In this document: one piece after another, positions 59,233 to 64,000 of the stretch
Layout: every line of letters starts with the position of its first letter
Numbering within the stretch: position 1 is the stretch's first letter
From: Fibrobacteria bacterium
GTDB taxonomy: Bacteria; Fibrobacterota; Chitinivibrionia; Chitinivibrionales; FEN-1185
Length of the DNA stretch: 64,000 bases
Direction of reading: 5' to 3'
Assembly: GCA_037447435.1 (NCBI GenBank)
Contig: JBBIGR010000001.1
Span: 96,001 to 160,000, forward strand
The notes under the pieces: generated by a model
Told to the model about the DNA's origin: nothing
Databases searched by the model: none
Seen by the model: the letters and a program-made list of their open reading frames with translations, nothing else
Position numbers and translations under genes: made by a program

Positions 59233-60090
59233 ATGACAAGGAGCAAATTGATGAAACTATCGTCGCGGAAAACGATTTCGCTTTTATTAGTCGCAACAGC
59301 AATTATAGCCACGTTTATTTCTTGCTCCCCAGACAAAGGCGATAAGCCTTTGTTATGCTTTGTTGGCGGAACAATGCGCCCGGCCATGGAGGAACTTGTC
59401 AGACAATATCAGACAAAGCATCCTCTCAAGGTTGACATCGACTATGCCGAAAGCGGCGAGCTTTACGTCCGTATAGACCAGACGCATAAAGGCGACATTT
59501 TTGTTTGTCATGATCCTTTCGGCGGTGCGGCAAAAAGGAAAGGTCTGGTCGTTACGTCTTTGCCGGTTGCCACTTTGGACCCGGTCATTGTCGTTGCAAA
59601 AGGAAACCCTAAAAATATACACGGCATTATGGACATGGCAAAACCCGGTATCAAAGTCATATTTACCCATGAAATGTACAACGAAATGAACCTTGTCCCC
59701 CGCATGGCGGAACGCGCCGGCGTGCGCAAACAACTTGATTCGAATTGCGCCTCGTTTTCCTGGGGCGGCGGCGAGTCGGCCAATGAGCTTTCGCTTGGTG
59801 CGGCGGACGTTTCTATTGTTTGGAATGCCGTGGCGGCGCTCCGCACCGATATCGTCGATATGGTTCCCATTGAAAAAGGCCTTCATTTGCAAAGCAATAC
59901 CGATGCAATCACCTGTGCGACCTACGGTACGGTCGATTTATCTACAATCAAGGTAACCGCTAATGTTTTGAAATGGTCGAAAAATGCGAAAGCGGCTACC
60001 GCATTTGCCGAGTTTTGCGCTTCAGACGAGGCACAGAAGGTTTGGACAAAGTTCGGATTTTCTCCGCGTCGAGAAAAGTTTCTTGAATAA
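59233..60090 (+). CDS. Molybdate/tungstate substrate-binding lipoprotein (ModA-like 2)
   Basis: Lipobox-like FISC; GGTMRP, YAESGEL, KGNPKNI, ADVSIVWN. Confidence 0.75.
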   Translation: MTRSKLMKLSSRKTISLLLVATAIIATFISCSPDKGDKPLLCFVGGTMRPAMEELVRQYQTKHPLKVDIDYAESGELYVRIDQTHKGDIFVCHDPFGGAAKRKGLVVTSLPVATLDPVIVVAKGNPKNIHGIMDMAKPGIKVIFTHEMYNEMNLVPRMAERAGVRKQLDSNCASFSWGGGESANELSLGAADVSIVWNAVAALRTDIVDMVPIEKGLHLQSNTDAITCATYGTVDLSTIKVTANVLKWSKNAKAATAFAEFCASDEAQKVWTKFGFSPRREKFLE

Positions 60091-60114
60091 ATATTCTTTA
60101 ATAGGATACCCTAA

Positions 60115-60858
60115 ATGAAACTGTTTCTGTTTATTGCACTCTTATGTATTGCCCCTGTTAGGTCTCAGATAATCATTGCCGCAGCATCTTCAATGCAGAA
60201 TGCTTTAAACCAGGCTTTGCCTGTATTTGAAAAAGCAACCGGGAATACGGCAACGGTCGTGTACGGATCTTCGGGAAAACTTTTGGCCCAAATAAAAAGC
60301 AATGCGCCTTATGACGTTTTCTTGTCTGCCGACATGGCGTTACCCGAAAGTCTGGCCGTGGCAAAATTGACCGACGGCAAACCCGTCGTCTATGCCCGCG
60401 GGACGCTCGTACTTTGGACGCTTAAAACCATCGACTTGTCGAATGGCAAAAAAGCGCTTCTCGATTCGAATTGCTATAAAATAGCCGTAGCAGACCCGCG
60501 GACCGCGCCCTACGGAAAAGCTGCAATCGCGTTTTTACAAAGCGAAAAAATATTCGCTTTGATCGAGAAAAAACTCGTTTATGGAGACAATGTTTCCCAG
60601 GCAGCCCAATACATATTGACCGGTTCGGCCGATTTGGGCATAATGGCCAAATCCCTTGTCGTTACTCCGGAAACGCTCAATAAAGGACATTGGGTTGAAA
60701 TCCCCGCAAGCTCCTACCCCGCAATCGATCATGGCATGGTGCGTTTATTGCAAGGAATGAAAAAAAATCCCGAAGCAAGCAAATCATTTTACGATTTTAT
60801 TCTCTCGGATAAAGGGCAGGAAATCCTCGTGAATTGCGGTTTCACATCGATCAAATGA
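60115..60858 (+). CDS. modA: Molybdate ABC substrate-binding protein (canonical)
   Basis: AAASSM, YGSSGKL..QI...APYDVFLSAD, P..APYG.AA, GDNVSQA. Confidence 0.92.
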   Translation: MKLFLFIALLCIAPVRSQIIIAAASSMQNALNQALPVFEKATGNTATVVYGSSGKLLAQIKSNAPYDVFLSADMALPESLAVAKLTDGKPVVYARGTLVLWTLKTIDLSNGKKALLDSNCYKIAVADPRTAPYGKAAIAFLQSEKIFALIEKKLVYGDNVSQAAQYILTGSADLGIMAKSLVVTPETLNKGHWVEIPASSYPAIDHGMVRLLQGMKKNPEASKSFYDFILSDKGQEILVNCGFTSIK

Positions 60859-61544
60859 TTGCAGGGAACACCATGATGCAGCTTCTAAATCCTCTTTTTC
60901 TCACTTTTAAACTTGCCTTATGTACGGCGACGGCACTTCTTCTCATAGGCACACCCATTGCATATGCAATCGCCCATAGCCGCGGGTTTGTCAAATCGGT
61001 ATCTTGTTCTATTGTCAGTATGCCTCTTGTGCTGCCGCCCACGGTTCTCGGTTTTTATCTGCTGCTGCTTTTTGGACCGGCCACGCAATCAGGCAAGTTT
61101 CTCATCGACGTCGTTCACCTCAGGCTTCTCTTTACTTTTTGGGGGCTTGTAGTCGGGTCAATAATCTGCAGTTTTCCATTTATGGTTAATCCGCTCATCG
61201 GCGGGTTCGAGTCCATACCTCATTCGCTTACCGAAGCGGCTTCCACTCTTGGTAAAACACGGTTGCAAACGCTTGTCCATGTTTTGCTTCCAAATATGAA
61301 AGGCGCTATTCTAACCGGTACGATTCTCGCTTTTTCGCACGCTATCGGCGAATTCGGCGTTGTGCTCATGATCGGCGGCAAAATACCCCAAGTCACCCGT
61401 GTGGCTTCAATAGCAATATACGACGAAGTCGAATCCTTTCATTATCAAACCGCCCATTTTTATGCGGGAATTTTATTTGTTGTTTCATTTTTAGTTTTAT
61501 TTATTGTAAATTCGGCTAACAGACGTATTATTAAGCCGATTTAG
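60855..61544 (+). CDS. modB: Molybdate ABC permease
   Basis: PLVLPPTVLGFYLL, EAA.TLG, GEFGVVLMIGG.IP. Confidence 0.93.
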   Translation: MIAGNTMMQLLNPLFLTFKLALCTATALLLIGTPIAYAIAHSRGFVKSVSCSIVSMPLVLPPTVLGFYLLLLFGPATQSGKFLIDVVHLRLLFTFWGLVVGSIICSFPFMVNPLIGGFESIPHSLTEAASTLGKTRLQTLVHVLLPNMKGAILTGTILAFSHAIGEFGVVLMIGGKIPQVTRVASIAIYDEVESFHYQTAHFYAGILFVVSFLVLFIVNSANRRIIKPI

Positions 61545-61551
61545 GAGTACC

Positions 61552-62316
61552 ATGTTGCAGGCATCGATAAAAAAACGGATAGGGAATAAAAACAGCGGCA
61601 TCGACATAAACCTTAACTTTAATATGAGTCAAGGAGAGAGGCTCGGTCTTATGGGTTCTTCGGGGTCCGGTAAAACCTCCTTATTGCGCATACTTGCCGG
61701 ACTGGAAAAGGTCGATTCCGGGAAAATTGTAATGAATGGGAATCCGTGGGTCGACACCGATGCCAAGACATTCGTCCCTCCGTCGCACCGTAATATCGGG
61801 TTTGTCTTTCAGGATTATGCTTTGTTTCCGAATATGACATTGCGGCAAAATCTCGCATTTGCTTCAAGAAACGGAAGTGCCGACCCGAAGGTGGAGGAAC
61901 TGCTTGATGTCATGGCTCTCGCGCTTCATGCGGATAAAAAACCCTGCGAACTTTCCGGCGGACAAAAGCAGCGTGCGGCACTGGCACGTGCGCTTGTCCG
62001 CAGCCCCCAGCTTTTGCTTATGGACGAGCCGCTGTCGGCACTCGACAGACATACGAGGACCATGCTGTGGTCCGAACTCAATCGCCTTTACAATCGCTAT
62101 CCCGTCTCGATTATTTTGGTTTCGCACGATCCTGAAGAAATCGAAGCGCTCACCGACCGGGCAATCACTATCGACCGCGGGAAAATAATTTCCGTTCCAA
62201 AGAGGATAATTCCGGTTCTTTCAAATCGACTTCCGATTGAAACTTCTCGGTATCACAACAACGGGCTTAATTTAACGGCCGTCACTTCCGTCGACTTTAC
62301 ACACATGCTTAATTAA
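61552..62316 (+). CDS. modC: Molybdate ABC ATP-binding protein (no TOBE tail evident)
   Basis: GSSGSGKT, VFQDYALFPNM, LSGGQKQR, LMDEP; follows modAB. Confidence 0.85.
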   Translation: MLQASIKKRIGNKNSGIDINLNFNMSQGERLGLMGSSGSGKTSLLRILAGLEKVDSGKIVMNGNPWVDTDAKTFVPPSHRNIGFVFQDYALFPNMTLRQNLAFASRNGSADPKVEELLDVMALALHADKKPCELSGGQKQRAALARALVRSPQLLLMDEPLSALDRHTRTMLWSELNRLYNRYPVSIILVSHDPEEIEALTDRAITIDRGKIISVPKRIIPVLSNRLPIETSRYHNNGLNLTAVTSVDFTHMLN

Positions 62317-62335
62317 TTACCGGGGAAGGTAATCG

Positions 62336-62713
62336 ATGCGTTTACAAGCAAACGTGCATTGGATTCTGATCGGCGGTATCGGGCTTATCGGCGGTTTACT
62401 CAATGGTATGCTCGGCGTTGGAGCTGCTATTTTTCTCGTTCCTTGCTTGACAGTGGTTTTGGGGTTGCCGCAACTTACCGCGCAAGGAACCGTTTTATGG
62501 ATTATGGTTCCGATGTCTCTTACGAGTGCAATACGTTATTCGATGAAACCGGACATCGGGTTGGATTTTCCCCTTATAATCGTCATGTCGGTTTTGGCTA
62601 TTGTCGGCGCCAATTTCGGCAGTTCGATGGCTTTTACGTTACCGGTTGACATTTTAAAAAAATCATTCGGCGTGTTCATCGTTGCCGTCGGCGTATTCAT
62701 GTTTTTTAAATAG
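62336..62713 (+). CDS. TauE/SafE (TSUP) family membrane protein, half-size
   Basis: GLIGGLLNGMLGVGAAIFLVP...AQGT; about 4 TM; LKKSFG. Confidence 0.8.
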   Translation: MRLQANVHWILIGGIGLIGGLLNGMLGVGAAIFLVPCLTVVLGLPQLTAQGTVLWIMVPMSLTSAIRYSMKPDIGLDFPLIIVMSVLAIVGANFGSSMAFTLPVDILKKSFGVFIVAVGVFMFFK

Positions 62714-62728
62714 ATAGAAAGGTTTATC

Positions 62729-63001
62729 ATGAAAATCCATTTGGAATATTTTTCCCAAGTCCGTACGATAACGGAAACCGATGAAGAGACATTACATGTC
62801 TCCGACAATAGTACGGTCGGCGAGGTATTGGAGTTATTGGCCGATCGGTTCGGTTCCGCATTTAGCGATCTTATTTTCCCGGAAGGTAAACTGGCCCGCT
62901 CCATTCTTTTGGCCGCCAACGACACGGCAATCACCGATACGTATGTCAAGCTCGCTCATGGAGACAGGATTTCGATTCTCACCCCAATGTCGGGAGGTTG
63001 A
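62729..63001 (+). CDS. moaD: MoaD/ThiS-family ubiquitin-like sulfur carrier
   Basis: 90 aa beta-grasp pattern, GD.I.I..P.SGG C-terminus. Confidence 0.85.
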   Translation: MKIHLEYFSQVRTITETDEETLHVSDNSTVGEVLELLADRFGSAFSDLIFPEGKLARSILLAANDTAITDTYVKLAHGDRISILTPMSGG

Positions 63002-63002
63002 T

Positions 63003-63815
63003 ATGAACATGCAAACCGGAATGGTTTTCCCATCCAATACAGGCCGAGGGACTAAAGAATTATCGGACACCGAACTTGCCAGGTACGAATGGCAGTTGCC
63101 GGTGCCCGGTTTTGGGGAAGCCGGCCAAAAACGATTGCGCAATGCTACCGTACTCATATCTCGATGCGGCGGACTGGGCGGTATGGTCGCCTACGAACTT
63201 GCCGCAGCAGGGATTGGAAAGCTCGTGCTCTGTCATGGCGGAAACCTGCAAATGTCTGATCTTAACCGTCAATTACTCATGACTACCGATTGGGTCGGGA
63301 AACCGCGCATGGAGTCCATTATCTGGCGATTAAAGGAACTCAATCCCGAAATTAATTATGTTGGCATCGGTGAAAACATCTCCCCTCAAAATGCGGAATC
63401 GCTGATAGGCGGAGTAGATGTCGTTGTTGATTGCGCGCCGCTTTTTGAGGAGCGATATGCAATGAACGACGCCTGTGTCAAACTCGGCGTGCCGCTTGTC
63501 GAATGCGCAATGTACTCGACCGAGGCGCAATTGACCGTTTTTGTTCCCGGCCAAACGCCATGCCTTCGTTGCTTGTACCCGGAAACGCCTTTGGCATGGA
63601 AACGCCGGTTTCCCGTTTTCGGCGCAGTTTCCGGCACTATAGGATGCATGGCTGCGTTCGAGGTCATCAAAATAGTATCTGGTATCGGTGAAGTAACAAT
63701 GAACTCAATGCTTATCATGGATCTTTTGTCAATGAAATTCAGGAAAATAGCCATTTCCCCAAACGGAGATTGCCCGGTTTGCAAAACTGTACAAACTGAG
63801 GCAATCGGGGTATAA
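63003..63815 (+). CDS. HesA/MoeB/ThiF-family adenylyltransferase (HesA-like)
   Basis: ATG 63003 with GGAGG RBS; RYEWQ..GFGEAGQKRL, GGLGG, DLNRQLLMTTDWVGKPR, CLRC and CPVC. Confidence 0.85.
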   Translation: MNMQTGMVFPSNTGRGTKELSDTELARYEWQLPVPGFGEAGQKRLRNATVLISRCGGLGGMVAYELAAAGIGKLVLCHGGNLQMSDLNRQLLMTTDWVGKPRMESIIWRLKELNPEINYVGIGENISPQNAESLIGGVDVVVDCAPLFEERYAMNDACVKLGVPLVECAMYSTEAQLTVFVPGQTPCLRCLYPETPLAWKRRFPVFGAVSGTIGCMAAFEVIKIVSGIGEVTMNSMLIMDLLSMKFRKIAISPNGDCPVCKTVQTEAIGV

Positions 63816-63830
63816 AAGGTAGGTTCAACA

Positions 63831-64000
63831 GTGACAACTAAATCATCGGTCCTTTCTCAAGAAGAATTGCAACGATTTGCACGCCAGATTTCCATGGAAG
63901 CCATCGGTGAGAAAGGACAACGGAAAATTCTGGACAGTAGCGTTTTGGTAATCGGTGCCGGAGGCCTTGGATCGCCGATTTGCCTTTACCTTGCGGCTTC
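63831..64000 (+). CDS. moeB: Second MoeB/ThiF-family protein, 5' part (runs off window edge)
   Basis: Manual translation from GTG 63831: ...LSQEELQRFARQI...IGEKGQRKI...VLVIGAGGLGSPICLYLAA. Confidence 0.8.
   Translation, partial: MTTKSSVLSQEELQRFARQISMEAIGEKGQRKILDSSVLVIGAGGLGSPICLYLAA

Noticed and set aside
1..64000. tRNA, rRNA, transposase, integrase or prophage genes
   Set aside because: No such signatures recognised by eye; tRNAscan-SE and ISEScan would be needed to exclude them formally

Overview
Bacterial chromosomal window, most likely from an anaerobic Fibrobacterota (Chitinivibrionia-like) organism. This is inferred from a TIGR02171-type lipoprotein, T9SS PorU/PorZ-like genes, several C-terminal sorting-domain proteins, hcp and desulfoferrodoxin. 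The left half (1-34.9 kb) holds nitrosative/oxidative stress genes (hcp with a perfect FNR-type box; dfx with a sigma54 promoter beside a sigma54 activator), T9SS genes interleaved with a flippase and five glycosyltransferases, an S8 protease, pabB-pabC and rlmD. The right half (34.9-64 kb) is the most interesting. A leftward operon encodes a giant PQQ-type beta-propeller protein, a Cys-motif exported partner, an ECF sigma factor, a zinc-finger/propeller anti-sigma and an ABC exporter. It diverges from a TonB receptor-exbB-exbD-tonB operon. Further right is a large molybdate/tungstate uptake and sulfur-relay operon (3 ModA, 2 ModB, 2 ModC, TauE, MoaD, HesA-like, MoeB). A shared non-coding element links the three units: two identical-spacing promoter-like motifs (ATGTCCC-N17-CGTTATATAGG) are each followed by a ~60-70 nt structured, U-tailed segment containing CACCCCTCTCAC, and a third copy lies antisense to the 5' leader of the propeller/ECF operon. 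I propose an ECF/sRNA-controlled, Mo/W-sulfur-linked envelope metalloprotein system; this is inference and untested. No tRNA, rRNA, CRISPR array or transposase was recognised. All product calls come from motif recognition, not database searches.
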